From Macrostomum lignano (lineage: Eukaryota), in assembly GCA_002269645.1 (NCBI GenBank), contig NIVC01001896.1, positions 14,487-78,486 of the forward strand: 64,000 nt of DNA. Reading direction: 5' to 3'. The translations under genes were made by a program, and so were the position numbers. Below, in pieces: positions 1 to 11,693 of this stretch; positions within the stretch are counted from its first letter, which is position 1, and every line of letters begins with the position of its first letter. A model generated the notes under the pieces. It worked only from the letters and a program-made list of their open reading frames with translations, searched no databases and was not told the DNA's origin.

Positions 1-570
1 TCCAATATGAGAATTGATAATCCACTATTGAGAAATGATAATCCACTATTGAGAATTGATAATCCACTATTGAGAAATGATAATCCACTATTGAGAATTG
101 ATAATCCACTATTGAGAATTGATAATCCACTATGAGAAATGATAATCCACTATGAGAATCGATAATCCACTATTGAGAATTGATAATCCACTATGAGAAT
201 CGATAATCCACTATTGAGAATTGATAATCCACTATGAGAAATGATAATCTACTATGAGAAATGATAATTTACTATGAGAATTGATAATCCACTATGAGAA
301 TTGATAATCCACTATTGGGAATTGATAATCCACTATTGAGAATTGATAATCCACTATTGAGAATTGATAATCCACTATTGAGAAATGATAATCCACTATT
401 GAGAATTGATAATCCACTATGAGAAATGATAATCCACTATTGGGAATTGATAATCCACTATTGAGAATTGATAATCCACTATTGAGAATTGATAATCCAC
501 TATTGAGAAATGATAATCCACTATTGAGAATTGATAATCCACTATGAGAAATGATAATCTACTATGAGAA
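1..570. repeat. 20-21 bp minisatellite (GATAATCCACTATTGAGAATT)n in a kanadaptin intron
   Basis: Direct tandem copies with variants. Confidence 0.95.
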
Positions 571-595
571 TCGCCCTTCACAATGCCAAATGCAG

Positions 596-3500
596 GCACC
601 ACGCAGTGATGCAGTACAGCGGTGCGGCAGACTCAGCATCAGAGTCTGAGCAGGCAGACTCCACTCGCTATCCATCAGGCTGGTACCTGATAGACCTGGG
701 CAGCACACACGGCACTCTGGTTAACAAAGTTAAGCTGCCTCCGCAACAGTACAGACGATTAAGAGTTGGTCACGTGATCAGGCTGGCCGGCAGCACCCGA
801 CTGCTGGTTCTGCAAGGTCCGGAGAGCGATCAGGAGGCTGAGTCTGAGCTCACCTATACCCAGCTAAAGGAGAGGAGGGATAGGTAATGCTTTGCCAGCA
901 TTTCATTTCTAAACTAGACGATTTTTTGTGTACGATATGCTTTTCCGTTTTTTGTTAATCTAATGGATATTTTCGGGTTTTTTTGTTTATCTAATGCAAT
1001 ATTTTCCGGGTTTTTGTTTACCTGATCGACTCATTTCCGGGTTTTTTGTTTATCTGATGAAATATTTTCCGGGTTTTTGTTCATCTGAATGAATATTTTC
1101 TGAGGGTTTTGTTTATCGAATCAAATATTTTCCGGGGTTTTTGTTTATCTAATGAAATATTTTCCTGTTTTTTTGTTTATCTTATTGAATATTCTGCGGG
1201 GTTTTTGATTATCTACTAGAATATTTTCCGGGGTTTTGGATGAAAAAATGTTCGGTTTTTATGTTTGTTAATTTAAAGAAAGATTTCCGGGTTTTTTATT
1301 TAATGACTAGTTTCCGAGTTGATTGCAAGCGTAATCAAAAAAGCCTTACAACCAGCCAGTCGATTTTATTCAACTCTAAATTCATGACTCAAATTTACGT
1401 TTGAGCCTACTGTGTAAGTAGTATAGATATGTCTTGTTTCTAATTCTAATATTATTTTTTTGTTTTCTTTTCACTTTTAGGCGGCGCATCGAACAGCAGA
1501 TGAAGCAGAATGCCGAGCTGCAGTCACCCTCCGAAAGGGATGGCAACAGCGGCGGCGGTGGCGGCTGTACCTGGGGCTTCGCTGAGGATGCAGTTGATGA
1601 GGCTGAGGAGTCTGCTGAGCAGCAGCTGTCTGGCAAGGATGGGTAAGTTACTGTAGACCTCTGTGATACTGCTCAGTGCCCTGCCAGATCCTCAGTTGCT
1701 GGACCAGCCTCCCAGATCCTCAGTTGCTGGGCTAGCCTCCCAGATCCTCAGTTGCTGGGCCAGCCTCCTAGATTATCAGTTGCTGGGCCAGCCTCCCAGA
1801 TCCTCAGTTGCTGGACCAGCCTCCCAGATCCTCAATTGCTAGGCCAGCCTCCCAGATCCTCAGTTGCTGGGCCAGCCTCCCAGATCCTCAGTTGCTTGGC
1901 CAGCCTCCCAGATCCTCAGTTGCTGGGCCAGCCTCCCAGATCCTCAGTTGCTGGGCCAGCCTCCCAGATCCGCAGTTGCGCCTCGAGTGCATATACCTTG
2001 TGATGAAGCTGGCCAAAACAGGTCAGTAAATCCTTTTCTTGAAGAAAATTATCATCTCAGGTGTGACTGTTTATTCAACTCCATCGTGCAAGCGGCACAT
2101 TTTATTATTCTCTTTACCTGCCGAAAGCAGCAAAACAGCCGTCTTTGACTGGAGAAAAGATTTATCCATACAAAAACATATTGAAATCCACAGCTGCTCC
2201 TGTCCTCTTTTGATGCTGAATAGATGCAGGTTGTTTGCAGAATTTCATAAAGATGACCGGGTGTTGACAGTGCAGCTTGATGAAAATATGGGGAAAGAGT
2301 GTGATGTTAAACAGAGAGGCGGAACTGTTTAAATAGCGCAAATTTTCTTTCTTGCAGATGCTCCCATCTTATCGATTTGGAAATCTTTTATTCCCTAATC
2401 ACTCTCAGATCCCCAGTTTGTGGGATAGAGGCACTCCCAGATCCCCAATTTGGGCGAGAGTCACTCCTTGATCCCCAATTTGGGCGAGAGTCACTCCTTG
2501 ATCCCCAATTTGGGAGAGAGTCACTCCTTGATCCCCAATTTGGGCGAGAGTCACTCCTTGATCCCCAATTTGGGAGAGAGTCACTCCTTGATCCCCAATT
2601 TGGGTGAGAGTCACTCCCTAATCCCCAATTTGGAAGAGAGTCACTCCCTAATCCCTAATTTGGAAGAGAGTCACTCCCTGATCCCCAATTTGGGAGAGAG
2701 TCACTCCCTGATCCCCAATTTGGGAGAGAGTCACTCCCTGATCCCCAATTTGTGAGAGAGTCGCTCCCTAATCCCTAATTTGTGAGAGAGTCACTCCCTG
2801 ATCCCCAATTTGTGAGAGAGTCGCTCCCTAATCCCCAATTTGGGAGAGAGTCACTCCCTGATCCCCAATTTGTGTGATAAAGTGACTTCCAGATCCCCAG
2901 TTTGTGAGATAAAGATCCCCAATTTCCAGGGATATCCCAAATCCATCCCAAATCCCATTTCCCACAGCTTAACCCTCAACCTCACCTCTCGGTTCCCCAG
3001 CTTCAACTCATTTGAGCTGTCAGCGGCAGCTCAGACTGCTCACTCGGAGGCCTACTCAGCGGACCCGCTGAAGTTCCTACGCGGCTGGTACGATCGGCAG
3101 GGACTCGAGGCGCCTAGCTTCAAAGTCGAAGCTCCAAACAGCAGCGGCGAAGTGGACGAAATCGACGTACGCGCCGGTCGACTCCTCTGCTGCCGACTTG
3201 AACTGCCCGTCGACGGCCCCGACGGTCGGCCAGAAACCGCCGAGGCGCCGATGCCGCCAGGCACTCGAAAACGCGACGCCATCGCAGCCTGCGCTCTGGC
3301 CGCCTGCCAACTGCTGGATCGAATGGGCGAACTGGACGCCGATGCTGGCAGCGGGTCGGCCGGCAGCAGTCGGGAGCGTCGGCTTCGCCAGCTGGCCGAG
3401 AACGACTTCTACGAGGAGGACGAGGACGCCTACCTGGACCGCACTGGCCAGTTGGAGGCGAAACGGCGAGCGCGGATGGCTGCCGCCGCCGCTGCCGCTG

Positions 3501-4429
3501 AAGGTGCTTCGAAGGCGCCGTCGGGTTCCACGGCGGTGACCTTCGACCAGCTGACGGCTCGTTGCCAGGCGCTGGACTCGGAGATCGCCGATCTGGAAGC
3601 TCAGTTAGAAGCGGCCGCAGCTGAGTCTGCCAGCCGGAAGAAGTCGCAGCAGCAGCAACAACAGCAAGCAAATTCAACTTCCAACCAGCTGGACGAGCTG
3701 GAAGAGTACATGCGCACTATTAAATCTGGCGGGCTGGATCAGCGAACTCGAACTCAGATGCGATTAAGACTCATGGCGGCTAAGAAGGAGGCGGCGCTGG
3801 CGCACCGGATGCTGGAGAAGGCTCGCCCAGCTGATCTGTCCAGTGTCGGTGCGGCGACGAAAGCTCGAGAGCAGCGTCGGATTCCAATGACGGCGCCAAC
3901 GAGTCAGGTGAAGCAGCCGGAGATGCAGGCATTCACCGGGGAGGAAGTTGAGTCGGATGAGCAGCCGGTTGTGAAAGATGATGCTGAGAATGCTGCTCAA
4001 CACTCTGATTGTAAAGTTGATGAAGACATGCCGCAGGCGGAACAGCCGCTAGAAGCGCCGACTGCAACAGCAGAGTCCGGCTCAGCCAAGGTTGAGAAGT
4101 TTGCTCCGATTCGTCTGCAGGCGTCTGCAAAGACCAGCTCGTTAGCAGCAGCAACAAAGAAGCCTGGCAGTGCCGCTACAAAGATTTCCCGTCCAGCCTG
4201 GCTTGATGAGGCTGACGAGACTCCTGCGGCTGTCGCAGAGTCGTCTTTGGCGGCAAATTCTAAGAAACGAAATCCGCCGCCACCGCCGCCGCCTCCGTCT
4301 CGGCCTCATCAACTCGATGACGTCACCGGAGGTTATGACGCAACAGATCCAGACTATGCCCTTTGGTTACCGCCCTCTGATCAAACTGGTGACGGATCCA
4401 CTGCGCTCAATGAAAAACTGGGATATTAA
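596..4429 (+). CDS. SLC4A1AP: Kanadaptin (SLC4A1 adaptor protein), 3' part; 5' exons lie upstream of the window. Exons 596-883, 1481-1642, 3001-4429
   Basis: FHA-domain second half (RHHAVMQY...LIDLGSTHGTLVNK...GHVIRLAGSTRLLVLQGP), GCTWGFAEDA motif, dsRBD-like segment (DPLKFLRGWYDRQG...CRLELPVDG...AACALAACQLLD) and the typical C-terminus DPDYALWLPPSDQTGDGSTALNEKLGY. Both internal junctions are GT-AG and phase 2, joining in frame. AATAAA at 5116 and 5125. Confidence 0.9.
915..1310. repeat. Degenerate ~31 bp tandem repeat (TTTTCCGGGTTTTTTGTTTATCTAATGAAATA-like)
   Basis: Recurring ttttccggg..ttttgtttatct motif. Confidence 0.75.
1670..1980 (+). repeat. 28-bp minisatellite (CCCAGATCCTCAGTTGCTGGGCCAGCCT)n, copy 1
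   Basis: About 11 tandem units; the same unit recurs inverted at 30.95 kb and 32.9 kb. Confidence 0.95.
2415..2880. repeat. 30-bp minisatellite (GATCCCCAATTTGGGAGAGAGTCACTCCCT)n
   Basis: About 15 tandem units in a kanadaptin intron. Confidence 0.95.
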
Positions 4430-4454
4430 CGCTGGGATATAGCCACAGATATCC

Positions 4455-4965
4455 CTGTCTTACAAATCCTCAAATTTTCAAATCTTACAAATCCTGAAAA
4501 TATCCTAATCTTGTAGATCCTCAAACATCCCAATCAATTACAAATCCTAAAAAATATCCCAATCTTGTAGATCCTCAAATACCCCAATCTTGTAGATCCT
4601 CAAATATCCCAATCTTGTAGTTCCTCAAATATCCCAATCTTGTAGATCCTCAAATATCCCAATCTTACAAATCCTCAAAATATCCCAATCTTGTAGATCC
4701 TCAAAATATCCCAATCTTGTAGATCCTCAAAATATCCCAATATTGTAGATCCTCAAATATCCCAATCTTACAAATCCTCAAATATCCCAATCTTGTAGAT
4801 CCTCAAATATCCCAATCTTGTAGATCCTCAAATATTATAATCTTACAAATCCTCAAATATCCCAATCTTGTAGTTCCTCAAATATCCCAATCTTATAGAT
4901 CCTCAAAATATCCCAATCTTATAGATCCTCAAAATATCCCAATCCTAAAGATCCTCAAATATTCC
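4455..4965. repeat. 25-26 bp minisatellite (CCTCAAATATCCCAATCTTGTAGAT)n in the kanadaptin 3' UTR region
   Basis: Direct tandem copies. Confidence 0.93.
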
Positions 4966-5469
4966 ATTGCCTAAGGTCCTCAGAGGGGAGTTAATATTTT
5001 GTATTTAGTAATTCTTAGTTTTACTTTAGACAGTCGTTAACTTATATTGCCTTCCTAATTTGTACTTTTAGATTTCTATTCTCGCTGTTCAACTTCAAAG
5101 TTGCTTTTTGCAGTTAATAAATATAATAAAAAATGTTGAAATTCAGCAATCTTAATTTTGTGCATTTCCTGCATAAAATGCGAGTTATATCTGATCACTT
5201 GTATTTAAATTTGGAAATCAATGAGTTTAAACTTAAAGTCTAACATTGAAAAAAATATTCTAATCGGGTATTACGTCAAATTAAGAAAACAATATATAGT
5301 ATTCTGCTACATATCTAGTACTTGGTTAGTAGTTATTGCCAGCGATTTATTGTGATGAAAGGGTCTGACATTGCATTAATTATAGATTATAAATGATTTA
5401 ATAATCATTTTATGATTTAAGAAGATCAGGCTGATGTTCAAGCAATACTGGCTTTTGTAAGACGCACCC

Positions 5470-6360
5470 ACTCAAATGAAATGGTGCAACCTCAATTCAA
5501 CTGGCGCCCCCTCAAATAAAATGGCGTCCCTCCCTCTACTAAAAATGGCGCCTCATTCAAATAAAATAGCGCCCTTACTCAAATGAAATGGCGCCCCCAC
5601 TCAAATGAAATGGCGCCCCCACTCAAATAAAATGGCGCCCCCACTCAAATGAAATGGCGCCCCCACTTAAATGAAATGGCGTCCCTCCCTCTACTAAAAA
5701 TGGCGCCCCCTCTCAAATAAAATGGCGTCCATCCCTCCACCAAAAATGGCGCCCATACTCAAATAAAATGGCGTCCCTCCCTCTACTAAAAATGGCGCCC
5801 CTCTCAAATAAAATGGCGCCCCCACTTAAATAAAATGGCGCCCCCTCTTAAATAAAATGGCGTCCCTCCCTCTACTAAAAATAGCGCCCCATTCAAATAA
5901 AATGGCGCCCCCACTCAAATAAAATGGCGTCCCTCCCTCTACTAAAAATGGCGCCCCTCTCAAATAAAATGGCGCCCCCACTTAAATAAAATGGCGCCCC
6001 CTCTTAAATAAAATGGCGTCCCTCCCTCTACTAAAAATAGCGCCCCATTCAAATAAAATGGCGCCCCCACTCAAATAAAATGGCGCCCCCACTCAAATAA
6101 AATAGCGCCCCCTCTCAAAAATAATGGCGCCCCCACTTAAAAAAAGGCGCCCCCTCTCAAATTAAATGGCGTCCCTCCCTCCACCAAAAATGGCGCCCAT
6201 ACTCAAAAAAATGGCGTCCCTCCCTCTACTAAAAATGGCGCCCCCACTCAAATAAAATGGCGCCCCCACTTAAATAAAATGGCGCCCCTTCAATTTAAAT
6301 GGTGCCCCCTTAAATGAAATGGCGCCCCCACGCTAAAAAGGCGCCACCTCAAATGAAGTG
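5470..6360. repeat. ~22 bp minisatellite with AAAATGGCGCCCC core
   Basis: Direct tandem copies with sub-variants. Confidence 0.93.
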
Positions 6361-6370
6361 GCGCATAAAA

Positions 6371-7967
6371 CTAGGAACAAAATTGGTAATAATTCCGCAG
6401 CTTCGTCACTGTCTGCAGTTTGTGCCGGCTAGCCAGATGCTGCACTATGCCACCCAGTGTGCCCCTGTAGCCATTGTGGAAAAGCTGGCATTGCACCTCC
6501 CGCTCTGGGCAACTGTTCAGATGGTTGCGACGGTCTCGCCTGAGACACTCCAGGCCGCAGTGGGGGCACTGGAATGGCGATTGAGAGATTATCTGCTCCA
6601 GAGTGCGGCTGCGGTGGCACCAGAACACGCGGGATTGGCAGCTTCTCACTGGGCACCTGCATTTGGATTGAGTGGCTGAGTCTTGTAGTGATGGGACTGT
6701 TCACCTCCTACAGATCCTCGAGGTCTTGAAAGCCAGGTCATAGACTTGTTTAGGAGGATTCTAGATCCTATAGGGGAGATTCTACATGTAGATTTCTATA
6801 GGGGAGATTCTAGATTTCTATAGGGGAGATTCTAGATTTTATAGGGCATATTCTAGATTTCTATAGGGGAGATTCTAGATTTCTATAGGGGAGATTCTAG
6901 ATTCCTATAGGGCATATTCTAGATTTCTATAGGGGAGATTCTAGATTTCTATAGGGGAGATTCTAGATTTCTATAGGGGAGATTCTAGATTTTATAGGGC
7001 ATATTCTAGATTTCTATAGGGGAGATTCTAGATTTCTATAGGGGAGATTCTAGATTCCTATAGGGCATATTCTAGATTTCTATAGGGGAGATTCTAGATT
7101 TCTATAGGGGAGATTCTAGATTCCTATAGGGCATATTCTAGATTTCTATAGGGGAGATTCTAAATTCCTATAGGGGAGATTCTACATGTAGATTTCTATA
7201 GGGGAGATTCTAGATTCCTATAGGGCATATTCTAGATTTCTATAGGGGAGATTCTAGATTCCTATAGGGCATATTCTAGATTTCTATAGGGGAGATTCTA
7301 AATCTTATTGGGGAGATTTTAGATTCTATCGCGGGGATTCTAGATCCTATAGGGGAGATTCTAAATCCTGTAGGGGAGATTCTAGATCCTATAGGGGAGA
7401 TTCTAGATTCTATAGCGGGGATTCTAGATCCTATAGGGGAGATTCTAAATCCTGTAGGGGAGATTCTAGATCCTATAGGGGACATTCTAGATCCTATAGG
7501 TGAGATTCTAGATCCTTTAGGCGAGATTCTAGATCCTTCATAGGGAAATTTTAGATTCCATAGGAGATTCTACATGTAGATCCTCTAGGGAGATTCTAGC
7601 TCCTATAGGGGAGATTCTAGATCCTTCATGGGGAGATTTTAGATTTTATAGCGGGGATTCTAGATCCTCTAGGGGATCGAGATTCTAGATTATATAGAGG
7701 AGATTCTAGCTTCTATAAGAGAGATTCTAGATGCTATAGTAGGATTCTAAATTCTTAACAAAAGAAACAATTATAAATCTCAGGTAAGGAGTTAAGATCC
7801 CTCCCGTCTCAGCAGTACCTTCGCAACAGGCCGCGACCATTCGGGTTCCTCACACAGGTGCCGCACAAAACCCTGTGGCAGCAGTCGGTTTCGAATACCG
7901 CCTTGCTAGGCAGCTGGTCGCAACAGGCGCACTTTAACAATTTGTTGTCAATTGTCGTTAAGGCCAT
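6371..7967 (-). CDS. Small RING-finger plus Sina/SIAH-type zinc-finger protein (144 aa). Exons 7967-7819 and 6656-6371
   Basis: Exon 1 (not in the ORF track) reads MALTTIDNKLLKCACCDQLPSKAVFETDCCHRVLCGTCVRNPNGRGLLR and ends AG|gtactg. Exon 2 starts after ccaaatgcag in matching phase 2 and reads RCPVRSC...RSRTLEQIISQSPFQCPHCG...HLNSCPEREVQC...YRGTLGGIVQHLASRH. This is a C3HC4-like RING followed by a segment aligning by eye to the SIAH zinc-finger region. Confidence 0.75.
6765..7740. repeat. ~22 bp minisatellite (CTATAGGGGAGATTCTAGATTT)n filling the RING-gene intron
   Basis: Direct tandem copies. Confidence 0.93.
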
Positions 7968-8397
7968 TTTTCAAGATATGGCAGCTAAATGCTGGAGTTT
8001 AAGATTGCTTGCTGTTTGCCTGGGCTAAATTTGCGTTTGCATTTTTATGCTGGCTGCATTGGATGAGCCTGCTTGAAGACATTTTATTCTCTCTCTGTGT
8101 ACCCTTTTCTACAAACACAGGCTGAGTGTGTGAGCACAAGCCTACGAATAGCACTTAGTGAGCATAAATGTTCAGTGTTTAAGTGTACAGCCGCTAGCTT
8201 ATTTGAATGGCTCTCTTTCTTAGAATTTAATTCTCCAGCTCTATCTTAGTTAATCACATGTTGCTGCATTAGCAGTCTCCGTTTACGGTGAATTGTGAAT
8301 TGTGACACATCACGGGCTCACAGGTTAAAAGATAAACATGGAGAGGTGGACAGATAGACATTGGGAGGGAGGGCCGGATGCGAAGGCATAGTCATCA

Positions 8398-8574
8398 AGA
8401 CAGACAAACAGACAGACAGACAGACAACAGGACAGACAGACAGACAGACAGCAGGACAGACAGCAGGACAGACAGCAGGACAGACAGACAGACAGACAGA
8501 CAGCAGGACAGACAGCAGGACAGACAGACAGACAGACAGACAGCAGGACAGACAGACAGACAGACAGACAGCAG

Positions 8575-8614
<40 letters not shown>

Positions 8615-8618
8615 GCAG

Positions 8619-8654
<36 letters not shown>

Positions 8655-8658
8655 GCAG

Positions 8659-8701
<43 letters not shown>

Positions 8702-8702
8702 G

Positions 8703-8741
<39 letters not shown>

Positions 8742-8742
8742 G

Positions 8743-8813
<71 letters not shown>

Positions 8814-8822
8814 GGACAGACG

Positions 8823-8860
<38 letters not shown>
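8398..8860. repeat. (GACA)n microsatellite with GCAG interruptions
   Basis: Direct reading. Confidence 0.97.
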
Positions 8861-10481
8861 TGCATTAAGTTTCAAACTAAAGTAACAAAGCACTGCAAAC
8901 GCCCTTCGGAATGGATCTGCACAAGCCGGCAGGCCGCTTAACCAGAGAGGCCGAGTCTCAAAAGGGAATAAATTTTATTTATTCAATCAAAGCTTTGTTG
9001 AAACGACAAAGACAGCAAAAAGCACATTCATTTTTTTTAAAAACTCTACAATTTGTGTTTCAGTCGAATAATAGGAAAAACAAGGACTAAAAAACTTCTG
9101 CAGTGCACTCTGTACTTTAGCCAGTGGTATTAACAATAAACATTCTTGTATCTCTGAACGGGTTACAATTAAGGTAAGTTAAGTACTTTTTATTCACTTT
9201 TATAACGTACAAAACTGAGCAGCAAGCTTTGACCTATATAACTAAAACAAAAGCAGTGAAAAAAATTAACAAGAACAATATTAACATTTAAAGCAACACT
9301 AAAGGTTTATGTTCAAAAAATGTTTTGTTTGTTAAACTGAATAAGGAACAGGGTGGATATTTTTTAATTACAATCATTCGAACTTATTTTACAATTAATA
9401 CAGATGAGCGTTATACTACTCGTAGCCAAGACCGCTACAAGTAGTAAAGGTGATTTTTTCTGCAAAAGTTCATCCACAGTTATGAATGGTCTAATTGGTT
9501 TTATTGTGCAAACAACAAGCTAATTTTATTCAAACTGTACAACACAACTGACAAAAAAAATTACCGAAGGAATGATATTCTAAGAAAACAATAAAAAACG
9601 AATTTTTTGGCTTTAAAACAGATGCTATTCAATAGACGAAGACAGCTAACAAAACAAAACAAATTAACAATAACAACATATAAGAAATATTAATCAAATT
9701 TTATGTAAGCCTCATAAAGGTACAGAGAAATGCTCCTTTGTTGAAAGCAAACTGCCAAGTGGAAAATTTTTATGTTGGGTTCAGGTCTCAGCGTCTCACT
9801 CCATAGAAATTGATTGTACTTTTAAAGCCTCAGTTTATTGAGAATGAATGAATGACAATTTGATCGTTAATCTTCGTTAAGTACTTTTGAAATTCACTTC
9901 TACGAATCGATTTGACTTTAACAGTAAATTTTTGCTTAAATTTTAAACTACTTTTATTTAACAAACTTTATTTTTTTGCAAGTGATAATCAACTGTAACT
10001 TAACTTAATCTCTTTTTAGAATAGACTGTGTACTTTTATTCAATGGCCAACTTCTTACATTAATTAGACTTTTTTATTTGAATTGCTCTTCTAAAAATCA
10101 GCGTCCTCTTTTAAAGTGCAATCGGGTCACTTCGAGTCTCTCCCGAAAAAATGTGTTGTACTTTTATGATGTCACTATTAATATTCAATTGTATTTTTAG
10201 ATTATTATGATTTTAGTATATTGGATTATATGCTTTAAATTGATTGCAATTTCATAGGGTCTAAAGAGTGAATTATATTGAAGTATTACTTCAAGCTATA
10301 ATTGAAGTCTAAAGAGTGAAGCTATGAAATTGCAATGTACTTTTAGACTCTTAACCAACCTTTGAATTGGTTGTACTTTTTTGAGTCTAAAAATCTATCA
10401 ACCAATTGGTACATTTCTGAGTCGGGAAAATATTTCCTACCGCGCTATGAAAATATTTTTAGGTTGATAATATAATTTCTG

Positions 10482-11651
10482 TCAGTACTCCCCGCCGCTG
10501 CTGAAATCTCCCTCATCCTCTGCGTCGATCAGCATGGCGCCGCCGCCAGCATCAGAGTCGGCTTCGTCTTCGACGTCAATTTGGATTTGCCGTTCCTGAT
10601 CGGCGGCTGTCGCGTCGCGTTGGACGTCACGAATTCCTGCAAACTGCCGCTGATGCTGCTCGAGGTGACTCAATGTGACGTTTGAGTCCTCTGGGATGGT
10701 AACAAACGGAGTGATAGATCAACGCTCAGATCACTGAGCCTCATCAGCTGTTTGTGATCTCACTAAAATCAACTAACTGCGCATCGTTGTGATTGACACT
10801 CGCAAGGTCGCTCTTTTCTATCTGCTAACTTCATTTGTTCATTATATGGCTTTTATATTGCTCATTGTCATTCTCTCTTCACTCTCTCTGTCACTCTTCG
10901 GTCAGCACTCTGTCACTCTTCCACGCACTCTTTTTGTCCCTCTGCCTATCACTGTCTCTACCTATCACTCTATCTGTCACTCTGCTTATCACTTTGTCAC
11001 TCTGCCTATCACTCTATCTGTCACTCTGCCTGTCACTTTATCTGTCACTCTGCCTATCACTCTATTTTTCTTAATTTATTTATGTCACACTCCCCCGTCA
11101 CTCACCCGCTGTTCCACCCGAGCCGGTCACTCCGGTCATCGAACCCACAGTCGACGCCGCCATCCACAGCTGCTGCTGCTGCTGCTGCTGTTTCTGCTGC
11201 AGCTTGAGTCCCAGGCCAGCCACCGCCGAAGAAGGCGCGGCTGTCGCGGCCGGCGCCGCTGCTGCAGCACTGGGGGAGCTCTTGCCCCGACCTTTCACCA
11301 GGTCTTTGTACTCGGACACGCGCAGCTTTCGGCCGTCCAATATGCAGGTGCGCTTCGGCCTGGGTCGGTAGCGATAATCCGGATGCTGCTCCATGTGCAC
11401 CCGCGACAACCGCGACTGCTCCTCGTAGAATGGCTGCTTCTCCTCGGCTGTCATGGCCTTCCACTTGGCCCCGAGAATCTTCGAGATGCTGGAGTTGTGC
11501 ATGTCCGGGCAGGCCTTGAGAATCTTGCGCCGCTCCTCCCGGGCCCACACCATGAAGGCGTTCATCGGGCGCTTGACGTGATGGCTGCCGCGGCTCGACT
11601 GGGACTGCTGGTTGCCGGGCTTGCTTGATGCCAGCTTGCGGGGAGTCTGTG

Positions 11652-11693
<42 letters not shown>

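Noticed and set aside
1670-1980. CRISPR-like look of the 28-36 bp hairpin repeats
   Set aside because: Units are contiguous with no unique spacers, there are no cas genes, and the DNA is eukaryotic.
3052-4157. Minus-strand and alternate-frame ORFs over the kanadaptin last exon, and similarly over the SoxD and FReD exons
   Set aside because: Shadow ORFs of real GC-rich exons.
8318-8941. ORFs over (GACA)n, and similar repeat ORFs at 12.2, 17.0, 19.5, 34.0, 40.9, 58.6 and 63.3 kb
   Set aside because: Translations of micro- or minisatellites, most of them inside defined introns or flanks.
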